Shown here: piece after piece, positions 48,080-61,435 of the stretch
Numbering within the stretch: position 1 is the first letter of the stretch
How the letters are laid out: each line of letters begins with the position of its first letter
From: Mobula hypostoma
Taxonomy: Eukaryota
Direction: 5' to 3'
Length of the DNA stretch: 64,000 nucleotides
NCBI RefSeq assembly: GCF_963921235.1
Contig: NC_086108.1
Coordinates: 76,572,001 to 76,636,000, forward strand
Notes under the pieces: generated by a model
The model's input: only the letters and a program-made list of their open reading frames with translations
Database searches by the model: none
What the model was told of the DNA's origin: nothing
Program-made: the position numbers and the translations under genes

Positions 48080-51000
48080 CCAAAGAGAACTGAGGGACTG
48101 CTGTGTGCAATGTCAGACCGAATTGTGGCTTACATCTGCTCCACCTGGCAATACCCTACTACCTGGGGGCTTCTCAATTCATTGGATGGACTGCATGGCA
48201 TCCTTGGGCAAAGTTAGGGATGAATGGGGTCTGCTTCCTAATTAACACCTCATAGTTCCTGATGTGATGTTCCTGCTAACCCGACCTGGAATATCTAATG
48301 GTAAAGTGTCATCTATACTACCTGCCACGGGAGTTCACTTCAGCTATCCTGAGGGCTGTTTCCATCTCATCCCAGGCAGACATGAAGCTAGCTCTCAATG
48401 ATCTATGCTCCTTGAAACAGGACAGCCTGAAGCTTTCCTCATCATTGCCATTGACTTCAACCTGGGCAGTTTCCAAAATACTACCAGCATGTCTCCTGTC
48501 CCACTAGGAGCCCAAACAAGGTCAAGTTTAACTTCAGTTTATTGTCTTTCAACTGTACACATATATACCACCAAAAAAAACAACATTCCTCTGGTCCAAG
48601 GTGCACAATACAGTACATATAACTCATACACATAACACCTCAAGTAATATTACCACAAATAAATTAACAAGTAATAAGACGCATATATGACACAAGTTAA
48701 AAAGTGGACTGTATAACACTACTGGAGCTTCATACGTAATGAGACCTGGGTCTCATGAAGCATGTATGAAACACCCTTCACCATTACTATACAGCTATCA
48801 AAGATGACCTGCGAGGCACTCCTGGTTTACACTCTGGTAAATCAGACCACCAGGCTGTGCTCCTTCTCCCTGCATACAAACAGGAGCATCCAGCACAGAA
48901 AGCTGGTCTGAGGAAACAGATAAGCTAATATGCGACTGCTTTGATTCTGTAGACTGGTCCATGTTCAAAGACTCAGCAGTCAGCCTAGTGATTATGTCAC
49001 CACCATCATGGACTTTATTAGCAGGTATATTGGGGACTGTCTACCAAAGAGGACAATCCAGGTGTTACCAAACTAGAAATCATTGATGATCTGCAAGATC
49101 CACTCATCTTCCGAAGTGTGGGGCAGCAGCATTAAATTCAGATGATCCTAACCTTACAGATACAACCTCCATACAGGCATCAGGAATACCAAGGGACAAT
49201 ACCAGTGCAAGACAGAGTACCACACCAGTAGTCACTTATGGCAGAGTTTACATAACAAAGTCAGGTAGCATCAGTGATACAACACATCCCTTCACAATGC
49301 ATATTTTGAACAAAAGAGGACTGGAATGTCACCACCCACTCTGACAGACTCCAATGAACCCACAGTTACTGCTGCTGATGTAAATTCAGTCTTATGGAGA
49401 GTGAACCTATGGAAAGCAACCTGGCTCATATGTTGTCCATCGCCTTATCTTTAGATCCTGATGATGGGGAGTTATTGTAGACATTTTTAACCTATCCCTG
49501 CTTCCATCTGAATACCTGTGTTAAGAAGACCACTATCATCCTGGTATCTCAGAAAAGAGGATGATGTGCCTTAATGTCAACTGGCTGGTGGCTCTAACAT
49601 CCACAATCATGGTGCTTCGAAGGTTGATCATTAACTCCAGTGTCCCAGATAACCTTGACCCAGTGCAATTCATCCACAGCCAGAAGAGATGCCTCCTCCC
49701 TGCCCCTACGCTCATATCTGAAGTATCAGGACAGTAAAAGACACCTACATTAGACTATTCCTAGATAATCTTGACCCAATGCAATTCATGCACAGCCAGA
49801 AGAGATGCCTCCTCCCTGGCCCTATGCTCATATCTAGAGTATTGGGACGGTAAAGACACCTACGTTAGACTATTTTTATTGGCTACAGCTCTACCTTCAA
49901 TAATATAGTTCCAAGCAAACTAATTTCCAAACTCAACACCTGCCTTTGCAACTGGATCCTTGACTTCCTGGCCAACAGACTGCAATCAGTAAGGATAAGC
50001 AGCAACACTTCCCCATGATTAATCTCAACACTGGTACCCCACAAGACTACGTCCTCAGTTCCCTATTCTACTCCCTGTGCATTCAAAACTGTATGGCTAG
50101 ATACTGTTCTAAATCTATCGACAAGTTTGCAGATGATACCAATGTAGCGGGCCATATCTCAAATAACAATGAATCAGAGAACAGGAAGGAGATGGAGCGC
50201 CATATGACAACAACCTCAGTATCATCAAAACAAAAGAGCTGGGCAGTTACTTAAGGAAGTGGGGTGGTGCACAAGCTCTGTTCACATCAACATAAGCTGA
50301 GGTCAAGAGGGTTGAGAGTTTCAGGTTACTAGGAGTGAACGTCACTAGGAGCCTGTTGTGGCCCAATCACACTGACACCAAAGAAAACAACCTATCCAGA
50401 TGCACCAGGGCTTGGTATGGTAGCTGTTCTGCCGGTGACACTAAGAAACTGCAGAGAGTTGTGTACACAGCTTATCAGAATCGGAATCAGGTTTATTATC
50501 ACCGGCATGTGACGTGAAATTTGTTAACTTAGCAGCAGCAGTTCGATGCAATACATAATCTAGCAGAGAAAAGAAAAAAATTTTAAAAAATAAAATAAAT
50601 ATAATAATATTAAATAAACAAGTAAATCAATTACATATATTGAATAGATTTAAAAAATGTGCAAAGACAGAAATACTGTATATTAAAAAATAAAGTGAGG
50701 TAAAGATTCAATGTCTATTAAGGAATTGGATGATAGAGGGGAAGAAGCTGTTCCTGAATCGCTGAGTGTGTGCCTTCAGGCTTCTGCACCTCCTACCTGA
50801 TGGTAACAGTGAGAAAAGGGCATGCCCTGGCTGCTGGAGGTCCTTAATAATGGACGCTGCCTTTCTGAGACACCGCTCCCTGAAGATGTCCTGGGTACTT
50901 TGTAGGCTAGTACCCAAGATCGAGCTGACTGGATTTACAACCTTCTGCAGCTTCTTTCGGTCACATAACATCACATAAACCAGCCTTCTCCCTCTGTGAA

Positions 51001-51390
51001 CTCTGTCTACACTTCTCACTGCCTTCGTAAAGTAGCCAGCATAATCAAAGATCCCGGATACTGTGGGTATTTGCTCTTTTCCCCTCAGCCCTCAGTCACC
51101 CTGCCCATACAAAAGCCTGAAAACACGGACCGCCAGGCTCAAGCACAGCTTCTATCCCACTACTATAAGACCTAGTACATTAAGATGAACTCTTGACCTC
51201 ACTATTCATTGTGACCTTGTGCCTTACTGTCTCTCTGTACTGTAACACTTTATTCTGCATTCTCTTGTTGTCTTACCTTCTACTGCCTTAATGCACTGTG
51301 GTGATGAACTGATTTGTATGGTCAGTATGCAAGTCAAATTTTTCATTGTACCTCGGCACATGTGATAATAATAAACCAATTTACCAATTT
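48080..51390 (+). mobile_element. Decayed Rex1/Babar LINE with nested insertions
   Basis: VKCHLYYLPREFTS (APE); NTGTPQDYVLSSLFYSL...KFADDT (RT); 3' end ...taataaaccaatttaccaattt. Confidence 0.85.
50474..50962 (-). mobile_element. Rex1/Babar 3' end nested antisense in the older element
   Basis: Minus reads DRKKLQKVV...RCLRKAASIIKD..PGHALFSLLPSGRR..RFRNSFFP; (ATTCTG)-like tail. Confidence 0.85.
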
Positions 51391-53619
51391 TAGGATTTCT
51401 GTTTCTTCAAAAGCACCATGTGTGCCTGATTCACAGGACACTTGAATTTTTGATGGATAATTAAAATAATCTGAAAGCTGTTTTATTAATAGTGCACTGC
51501 TCAATCTCACAATTTCAGTAAAGCTGTGACTAAATTATGATACAAGCCAATTTCATTGTAATTTAGTTTTCTGTTGAGGTTAATTCAAAAGAAAATTCCA
51601 TGAAGTGTAAATTAAACTAACAATGTACTGGCATTTTATTTTGTGTTCCTGGTGGCGATAATTTTTAATTGTTATGCTTGCCTTTTGACCTACTGACACA
51701 GATATACAACTCCATGGGGAAAAACAATTCAATTTTTTGCATATAAAATATTGCATCATAAAGTATGTAATGTAGTGTACATTATGAATTATGTGTATAA
51801 AGTACTGAATTATTCAAATAAGTGATATTTTACATTTGAATATGTCATATATAGTGGATCAGTTAACTAAAATTTTTTATACAGTATGCGCAGTGGTGTC
51901 AAAATTAAATTCACAAAATATCTTTATTTAAGTTATTTTACACAACATACCACAAAAAACCATACTAATTTGGGGTAAAAATATGCTGCACAAGATATTT
52001 TTAGTGTAGTTTATGAAACACTTTTCAAGCATGGTATCCTATTCATAGATGATTCAGTTAGTAACTATTATTTTTCTCTAATTCAAAACTGGTTAAACCA
52101 GCAAATGAAATTCACATTTTAAGCCAAAACCTAAAATCTTTAACATTTTAATATGCTTACATAATTTATAAAATTTTAATCAATAAATAATGACAAATTG
52201 CATTTACTAAATCCCAAAATTGTAAATTGATTGTAAATAATTTGTATTGAACATTGAGTCATGGAAATAGATTTCACTGAAGGACTAGAGTGATTTGACT
52301 AATGCTCAGGAATGTGGAATTACTACGAACTGTCTTCAGGGTTCCTTCATTACTTCTTTTGTTTGTTTCTCAAGCCTTGGTAAGAAGGGAGACTAGTGAG
52401 CTATCTTGTGAACCAGCATGGAAACAAAAGAGGTTGAAGTACAATATTCAGACAACATTAAAATATGGATTGATAGTTACTTTTCAAATAATACCCTGAT
52501 GAGTAGCCTACCTCCTTCAATATTTATTTTCTGCCTGGCATCAAGATAAAGGTAGCTCCTTTTCTGAAAATCTTCTGTAGGATTCTCAAATCAAAAGCTG
52601 AATTTTATGGAAGGAATTGGGAATGTTAGAGAAGTTGTTATGAGGAATTTTGAAATAAAATTGTTGAGCTTCACTAACCTATTTCTGGAATAATGATAAA
52701 TGCTATAAGCAAGCTTTGTATAAATGCAAGACTGAATGTGAAATGACACATTGTGATTTAGTAATTGCTTTTCAGTTTTGATTTCAGCATTTTATGAATA
52801 GTAGGACAATGTTGTATTGTCAAATAATAATGCATTTACTGTGATTGTGTAGCATTGAATTTTTTTCTTGTTGTTAAGAAAAACATCTTTTATACGCACT
52901 TAATTAAAGACAAAAATAATTACAGAAGTTTCTTATCTGCATGCTGATTTTATTAAATGTCTTTGAAAAACAAACAAAAGCATCTTAATGACATTCATTT
53001 TTTTTCCAAAGAAAAACACATGTCATGAATGAGTCAGCAACAATATGTTTTTGAGTTCTTATGGCCTTTCAAAAAGTTTCTTTAAAAATAAATTAAGGGA
53101 TTGCATCCTGCTGATCCAGAGAATGCCAGCATATAGAGGGTTAATTCTTTGCTAAAAAATGATTTCTTCCTTTTAGTATTCTGAGTCATTCGTTTGCATT
53201 TGATGGCACCAGCCTTAAGTTTTACAATTCAGCTGTTTTTTAACATGATGGACTGAAAGTGGGTGTAGATTATAGCTCTCTCACTTCTGCTGGCTATCAG
53301 GCAGTCAGTAATGAAAGCCTAGCCACTGGCATGATGTGAAACTAATGGTCATAATTGCCCTCAGTGTTTGACAGGGCCGCTATCACAGCTCTTGAAAACT
53401 CTGTGTTTAAAGTAAAATTTACAGTAAATTACACCATAATGGTGCAAGGAGCAGTGAATCCACACACATATACAAACAGTATTCCTGCTTCACTCTAATC
53501 GTATCTATCTACTGCAGATTTTGGCTATATATCTAACTGATATGTGGGTATAATGTTTGACAGTTATTAGATTGTTAAATCCTGGAGTGCATTTACACTT
53601 CTTGTAGTGCAGAAAGGTA

Positions 53620-54745
53620 GCTGATCGGGCAATCGGACTGGTCTCCTGAAGTTAAGAAAGTAAAATCATACCACAAGCTTAATATAACCTTATTTGAAAA
53701 CCACCCAGAGAAAAGTCCCAAGTGCCTGGAAAATGATTGACAATAAATAAACTTGTAAAACAAAGAGTCGACTATGGACCCATTAGTCTTGCTTCCACTC
53801 TATGTAAAATACTGGAGTCAATTATCAGGAGTAAACTTAAGTACTGTCCGTACAACCATAATATAGTTAACAGCAGTCAACATGGATCCAGATGGGGATG
53901 ATTCTGGCTAACCATCCTTCCTAAGGAATTAACAAATGAGTGATTTGTTGTAAGTATTTGAACATGTTTTACAATGTCTTGCAAAATGTTTTGGTAAAGT
54001 TCCACAGAACTACCTTTTAATTGAACTCAATACTGTGAAAATTTAAGGTCATTTTAGGGAGTAAATTAGAAACTTGCTGCTGCAGAAGAAACAAACTTTT
54101 TAATGAGTTCAGTCGAAGGTTGGAGAAATATCAAATGCTTTGGCCCAGCAATGGAACCACTGGTTATTTCCAATTTACAGAATGTGGCATGAATTCAGAA
54201 ACTCATTTCCCAGTCATGAATCATGATCACCTTGGAAAGGTATTAGAATTAGCTCAAGAATCACTTGAATTGGACAGTGCATGTAAGCGAGCAGGACAAT
54301 GACAGAGTAAATTCATTACAGAAACAAGTCAGGTCCTGCAGATAGGATGAAGAAATACAGAAGATACTCACCCCTCCACGTTTGGTTTTAAAAGAGCTAG
54401 GGATGGCAAAGACCAAATTAAGACTGAAGACTAGCAATTAACAAAGATAGTAATGTGTATAACAATATATACTCAAAACAGTAAAAGAATCCGCTCTAAC
54501 TATCCATCTGTTCTGATCATAAAAAATCAAGTAAAGCATTCAAGCTCTGGATGGAATACAGGCAAACATAACATCATGAGAGTGACCACAAGGGTAGAGT
54601 GCCCAACTGTTGAAGAGAGACAGGAGAAATATGTTGCTTTAGATTAGAAAGATGTTGCAGAGGCCACCTTGTGAAGAGTACGAAACTGCTAATAACATAA
54701 TATTTTAAAATATGTTTATTACTTTGACTATGTTGACCCAATATA
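53620..54745 (+). mobile_element. Very old CR1 fragment
   Basis: gactatggacccattagtcttgcttcc...gtaaaatactggagtc, agtcaacatgga (NYRP.SL.S..K.LE, SQHG). Confidence 0.6.
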
Positions 54746-54849
54746 GTCAGGGATCCCTCCCAACCTGATCATTCTCTCTTTTCTTCACCCCACGCCTGCC
54801 CCTGGATTCTGTTGAGGGAAGATACAAAGTATTGAAAAGATATGTCACC

Positions 54850-55080
54850 GGGCTTCAGGTCACAGTCTATCCTGACGATATAAGAGCTTGAACAGACCTT
54901 TTGTACAATAAAGCTAAACTCTGGATCGCTCAATCTGCATCGTTCTGACTTTTGCAGCTTTTTTGCCTGCCTGCCCTGCACTTTCTCTGCAACTGTAACT
55001 CAGTTTTCAGCTTTCTAATATTTCATTCCATTTGATGTTCTCGTGTTTGTGAATGATCAGTCTGAATGGCATGCAAACCA
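54850..55080 (+). mobile_element. Rex1/Babar-like 3' tail fragment
   Basis: ggcttcaggtcacagtctatcctg...ctgcactttctctgcaactgtaac...atgatcagtctgaatggcatgcaa resembles 51140-51340. Confidence 0.5.
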
Positions 55081-56868
55081 AAAGGGTAAAAGAGAGTTGA
55101 GGGTAGATATAGGACCAATACTAAATGGTGCTGGAGGTATTGTAATGAGAGACGCAGAGATGACAGAGGAACTGAATGCGTATTTTGCATCAGTCTTCAC
55201 AGTGGAAGACGTCTGCAGTATACCGGACATTCAAGATTGTCAGGGAAGTGAAGTTTATGCAGTGAAAATTATGAGTGAGAAGGTGCTCAGGAAGCTTAAT
55301 GGTCTGAGGGTGAATAAATCTCCTGGACCTGATGGAATTCACCCTTGGGTTCTAAAGGAATTAGCTGGAGAGTTGCAGAGGCATGAACGATGATCTTTCA
55401 AGAATTGACAGATCCTGGCATTGGACCGGATGACTGGAAAATTGCAAATGTTACTCCTCTATTTAAGAAGGGTGGGAGGCAGCAGAAAGGAAACTATAGA
55501 CCTGTTAGCCTGACATCAGTGGTTGGGGAATTGTTGGAATTGATTTTTAGGAATGAGATTACGGAGTGCCTGGAGGCACAAGACAAGATAGGCCAAAGCC
55601 AGCATGGTTTCCTGAAAGGAAAATCCTGCCTGACAAACCTATTGCAATTCTTTGAGGAAATTACAAGCTGTAAAATTACAAGCTGACAAAGGAGGAGCAG
55701 TAGATGTGGTGTACTTGGATTTTCAGAAGGTCTTTGACAAGGTGCCGCACATTAGGCTGCTTAGCAAGATAAGAGCCCATGGAATTACAGGGAAGTTACT
55801 AGCATGGGTGGAGCATTGGCTGGTTGTCACAAAACAGACAGTGGGAATAAAGGGATCCTATTCTGGCTGGCTGCTGGTTACCAGTGGAGTTCTACAGGGG
55901 TCGGTGTTGGGACTGCTGCTTTTTACGGTGTATGCCAATGATTTGGACGACTGTATTAATGAATTTGTGGCTAAATTTGACGATGATATAAAGATAGGTG
56001 GAGGAATGGGTGCTGTTGAGGAAACAGAGAGACTTAGATAGTTTGCGGGAATGGGCAAAGAAGTGGCAAATGAAATACAATGTTGGAAAGTGTATAGTCA
56101 TGCATTTTGGTGGAAGAAGTAAATGGGCAGACTATTATTTAGATGGGGAGAGAGTTCAAAATGCAGAGGTGCAAAGAGACTTGGGAGTCCTTGTGCAGGA
56201 TACCTTAAAGGTTAACCTCCAGGTTGAGTCGGTTGTGAAGAAGGCAAGTGCAATGTTGGCGTTCAGTTTTAGAGGTATAGAATATAAGAGCAGGGATATG
56301 ATGTTGAGGTTCTATAAGGCACTCGTGAGACTGCACTTGGAGTATTGTGTGCAGTTTTGGGCTCCTTATTTTAGAAAAGATATACAGTACTGACATTGGA
56401 GAGGGTTCAGAGAAGATTCACGAGAATGATTCCAGTAATAAAAGGGTTACTGTATGAGGAACGTCTGGCAGCTCTTGGGCTGTATTCCCTGGAGTTCAGG
56501 AGAATGAGTGGGATCTCATAGAAACATTCCGAATGCTAAAAGGCCTGAACAGATTAGATATGGCAAAGTTATGTCCCATGGTAGGGGATTCTAGGACAAG
56601 AGGGCACGACTTCAGGATTGAAGGACATCCTTTTAGAACTGAGATGCAGAGAAATTACTTTAGTTAGAGGGTGGTAAATCTATGGAATTTGTTGCCATGA
56701 GTGGCTGTGGAGGCCAAGTCATTGGGTGTATTTAAGGCAGAGATAGATAGGTTCTTGATTAGCCAGTGCATTGAGGGGTATGGGGTGAAAGCAGGGGAGT
56801 GGGGATGACTGGAAGAATTGGATCAGCCCATGATTGAATGGTGGAGCAGACTCGATGGGCCGAATGGT
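55081..56868 (+). mobile_element. 5'-truncated CR1 LINE, RT pseudogene
   Basis: KSPGPDGIHP, WKIANVTPLFKKG, GNYRPVSLTSV, DFQKVFDKVPH, QGSVLG, HLEYCVQFWAPY in frameshifted ORFs. Confidence 0.92.
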
Positions 56869-58884
56869 AAAAACCTTTCCCAGTATCTTGGGATTTGATT
56901 TGCATTCCATTCATCCCGGTCATTCCAATTGCCAATTACCAATTAATTATGAGTCTGATGTTACGAATTATTCTGTACCCAACTTGTGATCAAGCTATTG
57001 ACTTCTTGATGGAGTGGTAGAAGCAAATACTTAGATTTATTTGACACTGTAAGTGCAAAATATTTGGCTTTCTAGGTGAATGAGTTATGTTGGGTCAAAT
57101 GGCCTTCAGATCTTTACTTATTTTGTACTACTATGGCAAAAAAAAACAAGAAAATATAAAAACTCGAGTAAATGCCTTCCTATTTCTTCTTAATTTATCT
57201 TTCAATTACTTAAAATTCTAAACCCAAACTCTATAATAAAACTTAAAGTTGAACATTATGGCAATAGATCATGCATTAGAGTAAGTTTGTTGTACTCCTG
57301 CAAACAATGCAGAGGTTGGCTCTCTACAGCAGTGAAACTCTCAGTTGGAGACCATCTTGAAAATGTACAATACCAAAGCGTAGCTTGCTCTGGCATCAGG
57401 TTCACACAGATAAAATGCACAAAGTGGTTGCCTTGCTTACTTTGTGCAGGTTTCAAGTATGTATTGCTTCTGCTGCAGTGATTCCATTTAAGGGGTACAT
57501 CTATTTGGTCATGAAGGGTAAAAAGACATGTGGAGAGATGACTGCTTCAAAATATGAACATATTGCCTGCCTAAATTTGCAATTCACAACAGAAAAATAG
57601 TCAATATTGTCCGGCCTAGCATTAAGCTGAACAGAAAACAAATATAATTTAAATCACAGAACTGTGTGCCTATGGACATTGTGTCAAACTAATGCCATTT
57701 CAGTAAGCTGGCAAATGCACTGTGTTTCTAAGTAATCAGTCTCATATGTTCAGGACCACTTGATACAATATAGGTCATGAAAGGATCTAAATTCTTGAAC
57801 TTTCAAGGATATCAGACCAAAAATAGCACACACTGTCTGGGCAGAGTGTGACCGGTTGGTCATCATTTCATACAGCAGACCGGCAGCTTTGTTTGGCTAA
57901 TGCAGCTCTCTGGCCCATGAGAATGTTTAGTCTGGATGGCTTCAATGACTCTGACATCCTGCGCATCATGAACATCTGCAAAACTCATTTCTTCTTTCAA
58001 AGGCCCAGGATTCTTGTAACCAAAAGAAAGTCTTGGCGCTCCATAGAGTATGGCTTGGTAATGTCCGCAAACGCTATGACAAAGAATGTTAAGTGGGTTA
58101 AGAGTCAGAGGTGCAGAACAAAATTTACTTAATGTATTTATGACAGGTAAATTTCATGTTTGTTTTTCAATTTTTCTGTCTGTTATATTAAAAGTAGCCT
58201 ATTGTTTCTGAAGATTAAATCTAACCAGTTTCTTTTTTACGAAAAGAAAGATTGCTTTGAAATACCACTCAGAATTTAAAGGTTTTGATTTTTTTGTGTA
58301 CTTTGGGCAGCAGAAAACTTTTTTCACATCTTTCTCCTGCCCTTTCTTCCGCCCCAGACCACAAACATGCAGTGAATTTTATCCTCTCCTCGAAAATGCA
58401 TGTTGATTTTAAAAATAATCATTAAAATATGCAGTATTGAAGGAGATCCTTTGGGCCATTTTGCTGAGGCAAGCTCTTTGCGAGACCAATCCAAAGTTAC
58501 TCCCACTCCCCTCATCTTTACCCCTAACCTTGGAAAAATGCTTAAAACTCCCATGACATATATGTTTGGAATATTTTGAATCCTATTCCTTCTGTGCCTC
58601 ATCAGTGAAGTTCAAATGAAGTTACTTTCAATGTTGACTGATTTGATGCAGAATTTTAAGTTAAAATTATGAAAGCTTTACTCCTATCCCTTCTGAAAGT
58701 TGGAGCTGCTTTAAAGAAATTTCCTCAAGTGTGTAACATAATTTCAAATCTGGCTACAAATGTCCTTCCAGTCACTAGGACACCATTCCTTCCTGCAATT
58801 GAACAGTTTTTAGAGTTAATTTGTAAGTTTTCCTTGCACTCCTTGTTATTTTATTTTTCTAATTAGTTTGCCATGTGGAACTTT

Positions 58885-59285
58885 CAAAAGCCTGGGAGAG
58901 GGATAAAAGCTGATAGGTGATTGGTGGAACTAGATGGGGAGGAGCTGAGGGGTAAATGGGACCAGGTGGGGGAGGGGTTGGAGAAAGACGAATAAAGGGA
59001 GAAGAAAGCTAGGTGTGTAGTTGAGTGGATATGGGAGGAGAACAAATAACCACTTCTCCTCCCATAGACACTCATTCAACCAATTTGTTTTCTTCACTCT
59101 TTGTTCACCTCTCCCATCCTGCCCTTCCTCCACCTGCCAATCATCCCCTCCCCCACCCACTTGCACCTCTATCCCACTCTTTTTACTATACTGCTATATA
59201 CTAACAACATTTTGCCTTTCAGTGTCTCAACCTGACACCTCAACTTGAAACACATTTTGCCTCCTCAGATGCTGCATGACCTTTT
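58885..59285. mobile_element. Old inverted Penelope-like 3' region
   Basis: Purine-rich half mirrored by a pyrimidine-rich half around tatgggaggagaa...ttctcctcccata; ends with agatgctgcatgacct. Confidence 0.5.
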
Positions 59286-59594
59286 TACCTTTTATACATT
59301 TTTAGGCCTTCCTTTCTCTTAGATACCAATATTTCTTTATGCACTCTTTTTGCCTTTCTAATTATATCCATTGCACTTTCTATATTCATTTGTCTTTTTA
59401 TTACACCGAATTCCAGTTTAAAGTGAGAAGCAGAAGGAAATATTGGATGAATCAGGCAGAGATTTATTACAAAGGGCCAAATATTAGTTATGATGAAAGG
59501 AGAAAGGGAGGAAATATTAAGGGATTGTTATCTTTATATCTAAATGAATAGCCCAATCTGTTAAGAAGATATTTTTAAACCAAGAACGTGAAGA

Positions 59595-59742
59595 AACTCA
59601 ACATTTAAGAAACTCTTAGAAAGGCACATGGGTGATAGAAAAATAGAGGGAAGGATTAGATTGATCTTAGAGTAGGTTAAAAGGTCAGCACAACATCGTA
59701 GGTCAAAGGACCTTTACTGTGCTGCAAAGTTCTATGTTCTAA
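59595..59742 (+). mobile_element. CR1 3' end
   Basis: catttaagaaactcttaga...ggtcagcacaacatcgtaggtcaaaggacctttactgtgctg...ttctatgttcta. Confidence 0.8.
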
Positions 59743-61254
59743 CAAATAGCAGGTGATCTTCTGTTTTGTCCACAGCATCAGTACAGAGTAGAAAAAACCC
59801 TAAAGGGAAGTATATGTTGTTGTAGGAGACTGTGCACCATGTGGTTTTACAGCGACATCAAGACCTTTATCCTATTTGTAAACTATTAGTTTGGGTAATG
59901 ATCTCGCTATTCCGTGCTGCTAAAGAGCAGCTTCCCAAAGAGTTTTCAATATAGTTAGGCCTCTAGCTATTTGATGGCAACACCATGGGACAGTACCCTT
60001 GGTAAGGACAGTGCAGCCTAGTCAACTTTGACCAATGTTCAAGCAGGGAAGCAAGGCAAAGAGAAAAGATTACCATGAAGATATTCACAGATTGGAAGCA
60101 TTTTAAAAGCCCTGACAGCTTTCTAGAGTGGTATTGGATCAAGTAGTGTCTCACTGAACTGATAACCCTAAGTCTGGGTTATGATTAGCAGTTCCTTAAA
60201 TATCAAATACCTCTTGAATCTTATTAATATATTTTTTAAAAAAGAATATCATGCCCAATTATCTAAGTTTAGAATACTTATCAATTATTTTCATTCGTTT
60301 TATGGACGTGTTCTTCATGAAGAGTGTGGTGATAGATGTGATTTGTCATGCGCTATAGGTGCTGAATAGATAGTTACACTACCTGCACACCAGATGGTGC
60401 CATTTTGGGAATGTTACTTGCATATTTAAATTAGAAGTCAACAGTTTTAGGAGAGTAACTCACTTTTCTGCAGGAATCACTTCTATCCTGTGTTTGAATG
60501 TTCTGTTTTTACTTCACAGCCAATCCACAGGTACTATCAACCTGTTTCTTTCTTATGCCAAAGTTCTAAAATTCGATCGGTATCCTTATTTTTCTTCTGT
60601 GAATGACCCACTCAAATCTTCTATTTGTTATTTCTCATTTTTGAAGACTTTCCACCTGGGACTCTTTCACTCAGATAACTGACAGTGCCCTGTAAGACTA
60701 ATAACTTGCTGTTTTTGATACTGCTATCCGACTTAATGTATCCTTGTTTCCATTTTGGGGCTGTTATGAACCCATCTTATGCAAATATTAGACCATACCC
60801 AAATTTCTTTCAGCTTAATATAGGAAACACCTTTCTAATTTCTGCTAAATGCCAAGTAAATGCCCTTATGCATTTACTTATATTTCATCAACTTCCTCAA
60901 ACTGCTTGGGTGATCCTCGTCTTTACATCCCTTCCCTATGAAATTCTTTTCCAAGTCAATTGTTTACACAGCTTTCTTTTCATGCTTTAATGACAATTTG
61001 GTATCTCCACAACTATTTCTGTTTCTGATGTCCTCCTTACCATTTAAACAGAGCAGAGTCATTCCCTTGTTGGTTATGGTGTGCAAGTTTGCGGTAAGCA
61101 AATCTGATTGAATTGATTGCACACAAAATGAATCATTTTACTTCTTCCTGCTTGCTTGAACTGCATTAAAGTGGACATTCCCCTCTTTTCGGACAAGTGG
61201 CCAAAACAGCCTCTGCTGTCACTCTATTCCACCTAGGGAAGTTCTAGTTGCCTT

Positions 61255-61435
61255 CCTCATTTGTCCCACCTTTCATTTACCAGCCTATAACCCACCCACC
61301 GAAGTACTGCTGCACATTATAAATCTTTCCTGTTCCCTCTCAATCCTGAAGCACGGTCTTGATCCAAAATGGCTTCTTACACCTTTTGGCTCCACAGATG
61401 CTGCTTGACCTGCTGAGATTTTCCAGGGTTCCTTT
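61255..61435 (+). mobile_element. Penelope-like 3' end fragment
   Basis: ctcaatcctgaagcacggtcttgatccaaaat...cacagatgctgcttgacctgctgagattttccag. Confidence 0.55.

Noticed and set aside
55659..55686. Small duplication aaattacaagctg in CR1
   Set aside because: Ordinary slippage mutation in a dead element.
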